A stretch of DNA of 64,000 nt from Balanoglossus misakiensis (taxonomy: Eukaryota > Animalia > Hemichordata): positions 310,001 through 374,000 of the forward strand of contig CM082582.2 in NCBI GenBank assembly GCA_040954595.2, read 5' to 3'. Below the pieces are notes generated by a model. That model was not told the origin of the DNA. It worked only from the letters and a program-made list of their open reading frames with translations, and did not search any database. Shown here piece by piece: positions 36,901-49,900 of this stretch (within the stretch, counting starts at the first letter, position 1; every line of letters begins with the position of its first letter). Both the position numbers and the translations under genes were made by a program.

Positions 36901-39900
36901 ACTGTTTCTGCTCTAAAGTCTCAGGGTTTTAGCCGACTTATGCTGTAGGAAATCTGAGTTGATGAACGGAAATTCAATGTTAGAAAACCCGTGTGGAAAG
37001 TATCTCTACCCGTTTGAAACTAAGAAAAGAATTTATTCTTATTTTTTTTCTAAAAATGACATTTTCAAGGAAAATTTGGTAAAACGCAATTTTGTCTGCA
37101 GTGAGCCAAATTAGATTGTCTTTTGTGGAATTTGTATCGATATATACATACGAAGAGCATTCTATACTCCATCAGATTTCCGAAAATGTAGAAAACAGGT
37201 ATTTTTTGTAATTTTCAAAAATTTACCATTTTGACCAAATTATGGCTAAAATTGTTATTTTCATGTTGAATGCCGCCAGTGTCACTGCTTTTAAAAGTCA
37301 TAAAAACTTTTAACATACAAGCAATTGTTTATATATGATCAGGTCACCGAATTAAAAAAAATAAAGAATGTTTGGCCTAAAAATGACCTTTTTGGTGCAA
37401 AAACGAATAAAACGCAATTTTGTATTAAATAACCTCATTCAGAGTGCATTTTTTTATAATCAGCACCATTTTTACATATATTGGAAATTTCATACATCAT
37501 CAGATATCCAAATATGAAAAAATGATTTAGATTTTAGATGATTGTCCAAAATTAGCTGATATCTAATAAATGTAGTATTGAACCGTTCTGTCCCCCCCCC
37601 CCCCCTTACATTATATGCGGTACGCCGATGTCAGCTTACCCGGCAGTACTGTAGGCCGTGCCCCCAACACACGTCGGTGTTTGAAACGCCCTGGTTAAAT
37701 TCGGGCTCTCTCTATAAATCGACAGGCAATAATGCAGTCCTACCGGAACAAATGTCGAGTGTTGACCCGCTGCGACTTTCCCTCTTCGGTTTGCCCAACT
37801 TAGCCAACGTCTTTGTACTAGAGTGTCGGGTCTTTTGCAGAGCCAGGCCGAAGGAAATCCGACTTGATCACCGTTGCTAACGAACGCTAGTGTCTGTCAT
37901 GGTGTGCCGGGGTTTTAGTCGAGCCAGGCCGTAGGAGATCTGACTTGATCATCGTGGTCAATGTACGCGTGTTTCCGCTCTAAAGTGCCGGGGCTTCAGC
38001 TAAACCAGGCCGTAGGAAATCCGACGTAATCACCGTTGATAACTTACGCCAGTCTGTGTCATATAGAGCCGGTGCACCAGCCGAGTCACGCCATAGGAAA
38101 TCTGACTTGATCAACGTGGTCAATGTACGCCTGTTTCTGCTCTAGAGTGCCGGGGCTTCAGCTGAGCCAGGCCGTAGGAAACCCGACGTGATTACCGTTG
38201 TTAACTTACGCCAGTTTGTGTCCTATATATAGTGCCGGGGCATCAGCCGTGCCAGGCCGAAGGAAATGTGAGTAGATCAACGTGGTCTCTGTACGCGTGT
38301 TTCTGCTCTAGAGTGCCAGGGCTTTAGCCAAGCCATGCCGTAGGAAATCTGACTTGATCAACGTTGCTAACGAACGCTAGTGTCTGTCATAGTGTGCCGG
38401 GGTTTTAGTCGAGCCAAGCCGTAGGAGATCAGACTTGATCAACGTGGTCTCTGTACGCGTGTTTCTGCTCTAGAGTGCCGGGGCTTTATCCAACCCATGC
38501 CGTAGGAAATCTGACTTGATCACCGTTGCTAACGTACGCTAGTGTCTGTCATATTGTGACGGAGATTTAGCCGAGCCAGGCCGTAGAAAAATCGACTTGT
38601 TCAACGTTACCAGTGTGCAACTGTTTCTGCTCTAGAGTGTCAGGGTTTTAGCCGACTTATGCTGTAGGAAATCTGAGTTGATGAACGGGAATTCAATGTT
38701 AGAAAACCCGTGTGGAAAGTATCTCTACCCGTTTGAAACTAAGAAAAGAATTTATTCTTATTTATTTTGTAAAAAAGACAATTTTTCGAAAAAAAAGTCG
38801 AAAAATTGCAATTTTGTCTTGGGTGATTCAAATTATACCGCCTTTTCTGGAATTTGCAGCACTTTTTACAAGAGAACGACACTTCATGCTCCATAATATT
38901 TCCGAAAATGAAGAAAAGAGTTAATTTTTTATGATTTTTCAAAAATTTACCATTTTTGTCACAATATGGCCAAAATGGCTATTTTTCTTGAATTCCGTCA
39001 ATATCTCAGCATTTTTGGAGTAGTCGGGAGTTTTAACATACAATCAACATGTCATATATGATCAGGGCACCAAATTCGAAGAACAAAGGTTTTTTTTTTT
39101 TTTTCTAAAAATGACATTTTCAAGGAAAATTTGGTAAAACGCAATTTTGTCTGCAGTGAGCCAAATTAGACGGTCTTTTGTGGAAATTGTATCGATATAT
39201 ACATACGAAGAGCATTTTACACTCCATCAGATTTCCGAAAATGTAGAAAACAGGTACTTTTTGTAAATTTCAAAAATTTACCATTTTGACTAAATTGTGG
39301 CTAAAATTGTTATTTTCGTGATGAATGCCGCCAGTGTCACTGCTTTTAAAAGTCATAAAAACTTTTAACATACAAGCAATTGTTTATATATGATCAGTTC
39401 ACCGAATTAAAAAAAAAAAGAATGTTTTGCCTAAAAATGACCTTTTTGGTGCAAAAACGAATAAAACGCAATCTTGTATTAAATCAGTTCATTCAGAGTG
39501 CATGTTTTATAATAAGCACCAATTTTACATATAATGGAAATTTCATACATCATCAGATATCCAAATATGAAAAAATGATTTAGATTTTAGATGATTGTCC
39601 AAAATTAGCTGATATCTAATAAATGTAGTATTGAACCGTTCTGTTTCCCCCCCCCCCTATATTATATGCGGTACGCCGATGTCAGCTTACCCGGCAGTAC
39701 TGCAGGCCGTGCCCCCAACTAACGTCGGTGTTTGTAACGCCCTGGTTAAATTCGGGCTTTCTCTATAAATTGACAGGCAATAATGCAGTCCTACCCGAAC
39801 AAATGTCGAGTGTTGACCCGCTGTGGCTTTCCCTCTTCGGTTTGCCCGACTTAGCCAACGTCTTTGTACTAGAGTGTCGGGTCTTTTGCAGAGCCAGGCC

Positions 39901-40429
39901 GAAGGAAATCCGACTTGATCACCGTTGCTAACGAACGCTAGTGTCTGTCATGGTGTGCCGGGGTTTTAGTCGAGCCAGGCCGTAGGAGATCTGCCTTGAT
40001 CATCGTGGTCAATGTACGCGTGTTTCCGCTCTAAAGTGCCGGGGCTTCAGCTAAACCAGGCCGTAGGAAATCCGACGTAATCACCGTTGATAACTTACGC
40101 CAGTCTGTGTCATATAGAGCCGGTTCACCAGCCGAGTCACGCCGTAGGAAATCTGACTTGATCAACGTGGTCAATGTACGCCTGTTTCTGCTCTAGAGTG
40201 CCGGGGCTTCAGCTGAGCCAGGCCGTAGGAAACCCGACGTGATTACCGTTGTTAACTTACGCCAGTCTGTGTCCTATATATAGTGCCGGGGCATCAGCCG
40301 TGCCAGGCCGAAGGAAATGTTAGTCGATCAACGTGGTCTCTGTACGCGTGTTTCTGCTCTAGAGTGTCAGGGCTTTAGCAAAGCCATGCCGTAGGAAATC
40401 TGACTTGATCAACGTTGCTAACGAACGCT

Positions 40430-40619
40430 CAATATTTTTAAGCGTAATTTGAAAACATACCTTTTTACTCGGTTTTATGTGTAACGTGTTCGATTGTGTC
40501 CTTTTAACTATTTTTACCAGCCTTGTATTTTTTAATCTACTGTTTTAGCTGTGCACAATGCGCTGAGACGTATGTGTAGCGCATTTTAAACAATTCTTAA
40601 TAATAATAATAATAATAAT
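40430..40619 (+). mobile_element. Severely 5'-truncated L2-type LINE (3' end only)
   Basis: Encodes NIFKRNLKTYLFTRFYV* (FKxxLKTxLF end of L2 ORF2); stem-loop AATGCGCT...AGCGCATT; (TAA)8 tail; 6-bp TSD AACGCT (40424-40429, 40620-40625). Confidence 0.8.
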
Positions 40620-43600
40620 AACGCTAGTGTCTGTCATAGTGTGCCGGGGTTTTAGTCGAGCCAAGCCGTAGGAGATCAGACTACATCAACGTGGTCTCTG
40701 TACGCGTGTTTCTGCTCTAGAGTGCCGGGGCTTTATCCAAGCCATGCCGTAGAAAATCTGACTTGGTCACCGTTGCTAACGTACGCTAGTGTCTGTCATA
40801 TTGTGACGGAGATTTAGCCGAGCCAGGCCGTAGAAAAATCGACTTGTTCAACGTTACCAGTGTGAAACTGTTTCTGCTCTAGAGTGTCTGGGTTTTAGCC
40901 GACTTATGCTGTAGGAAATCTGAGTTGATGAACGGGAATTCAATGTTAGAAAACCCGTGTGGAAAGTATCTCTACCCGTTTGAAACTAAGAAAAGAATTT
41001 ATTCTTATTTATTTTGTAAAAAAGACAATTTTTCGAAAACAAGTCGAAAATGGTAATTTTGTCTTGGGTGATTCAAATTATACCACATTTTCTGGAATTT
41101 GCAGCACTTTTTACAAGAGAACGACACTTCATGCTCCATAATATTTCCGAAAATGAAGAAAAGAGTTTTATTTTTTATGATTTTTTAAAAATGTACCATT
41201 TTGTCAAAATATGGCCAAAATGGCTATTTTTTTCTTGAATTCCGTCAATATCTCTGCATTTTTGGAGTGGTCTAAAGTTTTAACATACAATCAACATGTC
41301 ATATATGATCAGGGCACCAAATTCGAAGAACGAAGGTTTTTTTATTTTATTTTTCTAAAAATGACATTTTCAAGGAAAATTTGGTAAAACGCAATTTTGT
41401 CTGCAGTGAGCCAAATTAGACGGTCTTTTGTGGAATTGGTATCGATATATATATACGAAGAGCATTCTATACTCCATCAGATTTCCGAAAATGTAGAAAA
41501 CAGGTATTTTTTGTAATTTTCAAAAATTTACCATTTTGACCAAATTGTGGTTAAAATTGTTATTTTCGTGTTGAATGCCGCCAGTGTCACTGCTTTTAAA
41601 AGTCATGAAAACTTTTAACATGCAAGCAATTGCTTATATATGATCAGGTCACCGAATTAAAAAAATAAAGAATGTTTTGCCTAAAAATGACCTTTTTGGT
41701 GCAAAAACGAATAAAACGCAATTTTGTATTAAATCAGCTCATTCAGAGTGCATTTTTTATAATCAGCACCATTTTTACATATAATGGAAATTTCATACAT
41801 CATCAGATATCCAAATATGAAAAAATGATTTAGATTTTAGATGATTGTCCAAAATTAGCTGATATCTAATAAATGTAGTATTGAACCGTTCTGTCCCCCC
41901 CCCCTACATTATATGCGGTACGCCGATGTCAGCTTACCCGGCAGTACTGCAGGCCGTGCCCCCAAATAACGTCGGTGTTTGAAACGCCCTGGTTAAATTC
42001 GGGCTTTCTCTATAAATTGACAGGCAATAATGCAGTCCTACCCGAACAAATGTCGAGTGTTGACCCGCTGTGACTTTCCCTCTTCGGTTTGCCCGACTTA
42101 GCCAACGTCTTTGTACTAATGTGTCGGGTCTTTTGCAGAGCCAGGCCAAAGGAAATCCGACTTGATCACCGTTGCTAACGAACGCTAGTGTCTGTCATGG
42201 TGTGCCGGGGTTTTAGTCGAGCCAGGCCGTAGGAGATCTGACTTGATCATCGTGGTCAATGTACGCGTGTTTCCGCTCTAAAGTGCCGGGGCTTCAGCTA
42301 AACCATGCCGTAGGAAATCCGGCGTAATCACCGTTGATAACTCACGCCAGTCTGTGTCATATAGAGCCAGTGCACCAGCCGAGTCACGCCGTAGGAAATC
42401 TGACTTGATCAACTTGGTCAATGTACGCCTGTTTCTGCTCTAAAGTGCCGGGGCTTTAGCTAAACCATGCCGTAGGAAATCCGACGTAATCACCGTTGAT
42501 AACTTACGCCAGTCTGTGTCATATAGAGCCGGTGCACCAGCCGAGTCACGCCGTAGGAAATCTGACTTGATCAACGTGGTCAATGTACGCCTGTTTCTGC
42601 TCTAGAGTGCCGGGGCTTCAGCTGAGCCAGGCCGTAGGAAACCCGACGTGATTACCGTTGTTAACTTACGCCAGTCTGTGTCCTATATATAGTGCCGGGG
42701 CATCAGCCGTGCCAGGCCGAAGGAAATGTGAGTAGATCAACGTGGTCTCTGTACGCGTGTTTCTGCTCTAGAGTGTCAGGGCTTTAGCAAAGCCATGCCG
42801 TAGGAAATCTGACTTGATCAACGTTGCTAACGAACGCTAGTGTCTGTCATAGTGTGCCGGGGTTTTAGTCGAGCCAAGCCGTAGGAGATCAGACTTGATC
42901 AACGTGGTCTCTGTACGCGTGTTTCTGCTCTAGAGTGCCGGGGCTTTATCCAACCCATGCCGTAGAAAATCTGACTTGATCACCGTTGCTAACGTACGCT
43001 AGTGTCTGTCATATTGTGACGAGATTTAGCCGAGCCAGGCCGTAGAAAAATCGACTTGTTCAACGTTATCAGTGTGCAACTGTTTCTGCTCTAGAGTGTC
43101 AGGGTTTTAGCCGATTTATGCTGTAGGAAATCAGAGTTGATGAACGGGAATTCAATGTTAGAAAACCCGTGTGGAAAGTATCTCTACTCGTTTGAAACTA
43201 AGAAAAGAATTTATTCTTATTTATTTTGTAAAAAAGACAATGTTTCGAAACAAAGGCGAAAATGGTAATTTTGTCTTGGGTGATACAAATTATACCACCT
43301 TTTCTGGAATTTGCAGCACTTTTTACAAGAGAACGACACTTCATGCTCCATAATATTTCCGAAAATGAAGAAAAGAGTTAATTTTTTATGATTTTTTAAA
43401 ATTTTACCATTTTGTCAAAATATGGCCAAAATGGCTATTTTTTCTTGAATTCCGTCAATATCTCTGCATTTTTGGAGTGGTCGAAACTTTTAATATACAA
43501 TCAACATGTCATATATGATCGGGGCACCAAATTCGAAGAACAAAGGTTTTTTTATTTTTTTTTCTAAAAATGACATTTTCAAGGAAAATTTGGTAAAACG

Positions 43601-46600
43601 CAATTTTGTCTGCAGTGAGCCAAATTACACGGTCTTTTGTGGAATTTGTATCGATATATACATACGAAGAGCATTCTATACTCCATCAGATTTCCGAAAA
43701 TGTAGAAAAGGGTATTTTTTGTAATTTTGAAAAATTTTCCATTTTGACCAAATTGTGGCTAAAATTGTTATTTTCGTGTTGAATGCCGCCAGTGTCACTG
43801 CTTTTAAAAGTCATAAAAACTTTTAACATACAAGCCATTCTTTATATATGATCAGGTCACCGAATTAAAAAAATAAAGAATGTTTTGCCTAAAAATGACC
43901 TTTTAGGTGCAAAAACGAATAAAACGTAATTTTGTATTAAATCAGTTCATTCAGAGTGCATTTTTTATAATCAGCACCATTTTTACATATAATGGAAATT
44001 TCATACATCATCAGATATCCAAATATGAAAAAATGATTTAGATTTTAGATGATTGTCCAAAATTAGCTGATATCTAATAAATGTAGTATTGAACCGTTCT
44101 GTTCCCCCCCCCCTATATTATATGCGGTACGCCGATGTCAGCTTACCCGGCAGTACTGCAGGCCGTGCCCCCAACTAACGTCGGTGTTTGTAACGCCCTG
44201 GTTAAATTCGGGCTTTCTCTATAAATTGACAGGCAATAATGCAGTCCTACCCGAACAAATGTCGAGTGTTGACCCGCTGTGACTTTCCCTCTTCGGTTTG
44301 CCCGACTTAGCCAACGTCTTTGTACTAGAGTGTCGGGTCTTTTGCAGAGCCAGGCCGAAGGAAATCCGACTTGATCACCGTTGCTAACGAACGCTAGTGT
44401 CTGTCATGGTGTGCCGGGGTTTTAGTCGAGCCAGGCCGTAGGAGATCTGCCTTGATCATCGTGGTCAATGTACGCGTGTTTCCGCTCTAAAGTGCCGGGG
44501 CTTCAGCTAAACCAGGCCGTAGGAAATCCGACGTAATCACTGTTGATAACTTACGCCAGTCTGTGTCATATAGAGCCGGTGCACCAGCCGAGTCACGCCG
44601 TAGGAAATCTGACTTGATCAACGTAGTCAATGTACGCCTGTTTCTGCTCTAGAGTGCCGGGGCTTCAGCTGAGCCAGGCCGTAGGAAACCCGACGTGATT
44701 ACCGTTGTTAACTTACGCCAGTCTGTGTCCTATATATAGTGCCGGGGCATCAGCCGTGCCAGGCCGAAGGAAATGTGAGAAGATCAACGTGGTCTCTGTA
44801 CGCGTGTTTCTGCTCTAGAGTGCCAGGGCTTTAGTTAAGCCATGCCGTAGGAAATCTGACTTGATCGAAGTTGCTAACGAACGCTAGTGTCTGTCATAGT
44901 GTGCCGGGGTTTTAGTCGAGCCAAGCCGTAGGAGATCAGACTTGATCAACGTGGTCTCTGTACGCGTGTTTCTGCTCTAGAGTGCCGGGGCTTTATCCAA
45001 GCCATGCCGTAGTAAATCTGACTTGATCACCGTTGCTAACGTACGCTAGTGTCTGTCATATTGTGACGGAGATTTAGCCGAGCCAGGTCGTAGAAAAATC
45101 GACTTGTTCAACGTTACCAGTGTGCAACTGTTTCTGCTCTAGAGTGTCAGGGTTTTAGCCGACTTATGCTGTAGGAAATCTGAGTTGATGAACGGGAATT
45201 CAATGTTAGAAAACCCGTGTGGAAAGTATCTCTACCCGTTTGAAACTAAGAAAAGAATTTATTCTTATTTATTTTGTAAAAAAAGACAATTTTTCGAAAA
45301 AAAGTTGAAAATGGTAATTTTGTCTTGGGTGATTCAAATTATACCGCCTTTTCTGGAATTTGCAGCACTTTTTGCAAGAGAACGACACTTCATGCTCCAT
45401 AATATTTCCGAAAATGAAGAAAAGAGTTAATTTTTTATGATTTTTCAAAAATTTACCATTTTTGTCAAAATATGGCCAAAATGGCTATTTTTCATGAATT
45501 CCGTCAATATCTCTGCATTTTTGGAGTGGTCGAGAGTTTTAACATACAATCAACATGTCATATATGATCAGGGCACCAAATTCGAAGAACAAAGTTTTTT
45601 TTTGTTTTTTTTCTAAAAATGACATTTTCAAGGAACATTTGGTAAAACGCAATTTTGTCTGCAGTGAGCCAAATTAGATTGTCTTTTGTGGAATTTGTAT
45701 CGATATATACATACGAAGAGCATTCTACACTCCATCAGATTTCCGAAAATGTAGAAAACAGGTATTTTTTGTAATTTTCAAAAATTTACCATTTTGACCA
45801 AATTATGGCTAAAATTGTTATTTTCGTGTTGAATGCCGCCAGTGTCACTGCTTTTAAAAGTCATAAAAACTTTTAACATACAAGCCATTCTTTATATATG
45901 ATCAGGTCACCGAATTAAAAAAATAAAGAATGTTTTGCCTAACAATGACCTTTTAGGTGCAAAAACGAATAAAACGTAATTTTGTATTAAATCAGTTCAT
46001 TCAGAGTGCATTTTTTATAATCAGCACCATTTTTACATATAATGGAAATTTCATACATCATCAGATATCCAAATATGAAAAAATGATTTAGATTTTAGAT
46101 GATTGTCCAAAATTAGCTGATATCTAATAAATGTAGTATTGAACCGTTCTGTTTCCCCCCCCCCCTATATTATATGCGGTACGCCGATGTCAGCTTACCC
46201 GGCAGTACTGCAGGCCGTGCCCCCAACTAACGTCGGTGTTTGTAACGCCCTGGTTAAATTCGGGCTTTCTCTATAAATTGACAGGCAATAATGCAGTCCT
46301 ACCCGAACAAATGTCGAGTGTTGACACGCTGTGGCTTTCCCTCTTCGGTTTGCCCGACTTAGCCAAGAGTGTCGGGTCTTTTGCAGAGCCAGGCCGAAGG
46401 AAATCCGACTTGATCACCGTTGCTAACGAACGCTAGTGTCTGTCATGGTGTGCCGGGGTTTTAGTCGAGCCAGGCCGTAGGAGATCTGCCTTGATCATCG
46501 TGGTCAATGTACGCGTGTTTCCGCTCTAAAGTGCCGGGGCTTCAGCTAAACCAGGCCGTAGGAAATCCGACGTAATCACCGTTGATAACTTACGCCAGTC

Positions 46601-46758
46601 TGTGTCATATAGAGCCGGTTCACCAGCCGTGCCAGGCCGAAGGAAATGTTAGTCGATCAACGTGGTCTCTGTACGCGTGTTTCTGCTCTAGAGTGTCAGG
46701 GCTTTAGCAAAGCCATGCCGTAGGAAATCTGACTTGATCAACGTTGCTAACGAACGCT

Positions 46759-46945
46759 CAATATTTTTAAGCGTAATTTGAAAACATACCTTTTTACTCG
46801 GTTTTATGTGTAACGTGTTCGATTGTGTCCTTTTAACTATTTTTACCAGCCTTGTATTTTTTAATCTACTGTTTTAGCTGTGCACAATGCGCTGAGACGT
46901 ATGTGTAGCGCATTTTAAACAATTCTTAATAATAATAATAATAAT
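46759..46945 (+). mobile_element. Second copy of the same truncated L2 insertion
   Basis: Same sequence, truncation point, TSD (AACGCT) and target position as the first copy, with a (TAA)7 tail. Confidence 0.8.
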
Positions 46946-49900
46946 AACGCTAGTGTCTGTCATAGTGTGCCGGGGTTTTAGTCGAGCCAAGCCGTAGGAG
47001 ATCAGACTACATCAACGTGGTCTCTGTACGCGTGTTTCTGCTCTAGAGTGCCGGGGCTTTATCCAACCCATGCCGTTGAAAATCTGACTTGATCACCGTT
47101 GCTAACGTACGCTAGTGTCTGTCATATTGTGACGAGATTTAGCCGAGCCAGGCCGTAGAAAAATCGACTTGTTCAATGTTATCAGTGTGCAACTGTTTCT
47201 GCTCTAGAGTGTCAGGGTTTTAGCCGACTTATGCTGTAGGAAATCTGAGTTGATGAACGGGAATTCAATGTTAGAAAACCCGTGTGGAAAGTATCTCTAC
47301 CCGTTTGAAACTAAGAAAAGAATTTATTCGTATTTATTTTTTAAAAAAGACAATTTTTCGAAAACAAGTCGAAAATTGCAATTTTGTCTTGGGTGATTCA
47401 AATTATACCACATTTTCTGGAATTTGCAGCACTTTTTACAAGAGAACGACACTTCATGCTCCATAATATTTCCGAAAATGAAGAAAAGAGTTTATTTTTT
47501 ATGATTTTTTAAAAATGTACCATTTTGTCAAAATATGACCAAAATGGCTATTTTTTCTTGAATTCCGTCAATATCTCTGCATTTTTGGAGTGGTGGAAAG
47601 TTTTAACATACAATCAACATGTCATATATGATCAGGGCACCAAATTCGAAGAACGAAGGTTTTTTTATTTTATTTTTCTAAAAATGACATTTTCAAGGAA
47701 AATTTGGTAAAACGCAATTTTGTCTGCAGTAAGCCAAATTAGACGGTCTTTTGTGGAATTTGTATCGATATATATATACGAAGAGCATTCTATACTCCAT
47801 CAGATTTCCGAAAATGTAGAAAACAGGTATTTTTTGTAATTTTCAAAAATTTACCATTTTGACCAAATTGTGGTTAAAATTGTTATTTTCGTGTTGAATG
47901 CCGCCAGTGTCACTGCTTTTAAAAGTCATAAAAACTTTTAACATGCAAGCAATTGCTTATATATGATCAGGCCACCGAATTAAAAAAATAAAGAATGTTT
48001 TGCCTAAAAATGACCTTTTTGGTGCAAAAACGAATAAAACGCAATTTTTGTATTAAATCAGCTCATTCAGAGTGCATTTTTATAATAAGCACCATTTTTA
48101 CATATATTGGAAATTTCATACATCATCAGATATCCAAATATGAAAAAATGATTTAGATTTTAGATGATTGTCCAAAGTTAGCTGATATCTAATAAATGTA
48201 GTATTGAACCGTTCTGTCCCCCCCCCTACATTATATGCGGTACGCCGATGTCAGCTTACCCGGCAGTACTGCAGGCCGTGCCCCCAAATAACGTCGGTGT
48301 TTGAAACGCCCTGGTTAAATTCGGGCTTTCTCTATAAATTGACAGGCAATAATGCAGTCCTACCCGAACAAATGTCGAGTGTTGACCAACTGTGACTTTC
48401 CCTCTTCGGTTTGCCCGACTTAGCCAACGTCTCTGTACTAATGTGTCGGGTCTTTTGCAGAGCCAGGCCGAAGGAAATCCGACTTGATCACCGTTGCTAA
48501 CGAACGCTAGTGTCTGTCATGGTGTGCCGGGGTTTTAGTCGAGCCAGGCCGTAGGAGATCTGACTTGATCATCGTGGTCAATGTACGCGTGTTTCCGCTC
48601 TGAAGTGCCGGGGCTTCAGCTAAACCATGCCGTAGGAAATCCGACGTAATCACCGTTGATAACTTACGCAAGTCTGTGTCATATAGAGCCGGTGCACCAG
48701 CCGAGTCACGCCGTAGGAAATCTGACTTGATCAACGTGGTCAATGTACGCCTGTTTCTGCTCTAGAGTGCCGGGGCTTCAGCTGAGCCAGGCCGTAGGAA
48801 ACCCGACGTGATTACCGTTGTTAACTTACGCCAGTCTGTGTCCTATATATAGTGCCGGGGCATCAGCCGTGCCAGGCCGAAGGAAATGTGAGTAGATCAA
48901 CGTGGTCTCTGTACGCGTGTTTCTGCTCTAGAGTGCCGGGGCTTTATCCAAGCCATGCCGTAGAAAATCTGACTTGATCACCGTTGCTAACGTACGATAG
49001 TGTCTGTCATATTGTGACGGAGATTTAGCCGAGCCAGGCCGTAGAAAAATCGACTTGTTCAACGTTACCAGTGTGCAACTGTTTCTGCTCTAAAGTCTCA
49101 GGGTTTTAGCCGACTTATGCTGTAGGAAATCTGAGTTGATGAACGGGAATTCAATGTTAGAAAACCCGTGTGGAAAGTATCTCTACCCGTTTGAAACTAA
49201 GAAAAGAATTTATTCTTATTTTTTTTCTAAAAATGACATTTTCAAGGAAAATTTGGTAAAACGCAATTTTGTCTGCAGTGAGCCAAATTAGACGGTCTTT
49301 TGTGGAATTTGTATCGATATATACATACAAAGAGCATTCTATACTCCATCAGATTTCCGAAAATGTAGAAAACATGTATTTTTTGTAATTTTCAAAAATT
49401 TACCATTTTGACCAAATTGTGGCTAAAATTGTTATTTTCGTGTTGAATGCCGCCAGTGTCACTGCTTTTAAAAGTCATAAAAATTTTCAACATACAAGCA
49501 ATTGTTTATATATGATCAGGTCACCGAATTAAAAAAATAAAGAATGTTTTGCCTAAAAATGACCTTTTTGGTGCAAAAACGAATAAAACGCAATTTTGTA
49601 TTAAATCAGCTCATTCAGAGTGCATTTTTTATAATCAGCACCATTTTTACATATAATGGAAATTTCATACATCATCAGATATCCAAATATGAAAAAATGA
49701 TTTAGATTTTAGATGATTATCCAAAATTAGCTGATATTTAATAAATGTAGTAATGAACCGTTCTGTCCCCCCCCCCCTACATTATATGCGGTACGCCGAT
49801 GTCAGCTTACCCGGCAGTACTGCAGGCCGTGCCCCCAACTAACGTCGGTGTTTGAAACGCCCTGGTTAAATTCGGGCTTTCTCTATAAATTGACAGGCAA

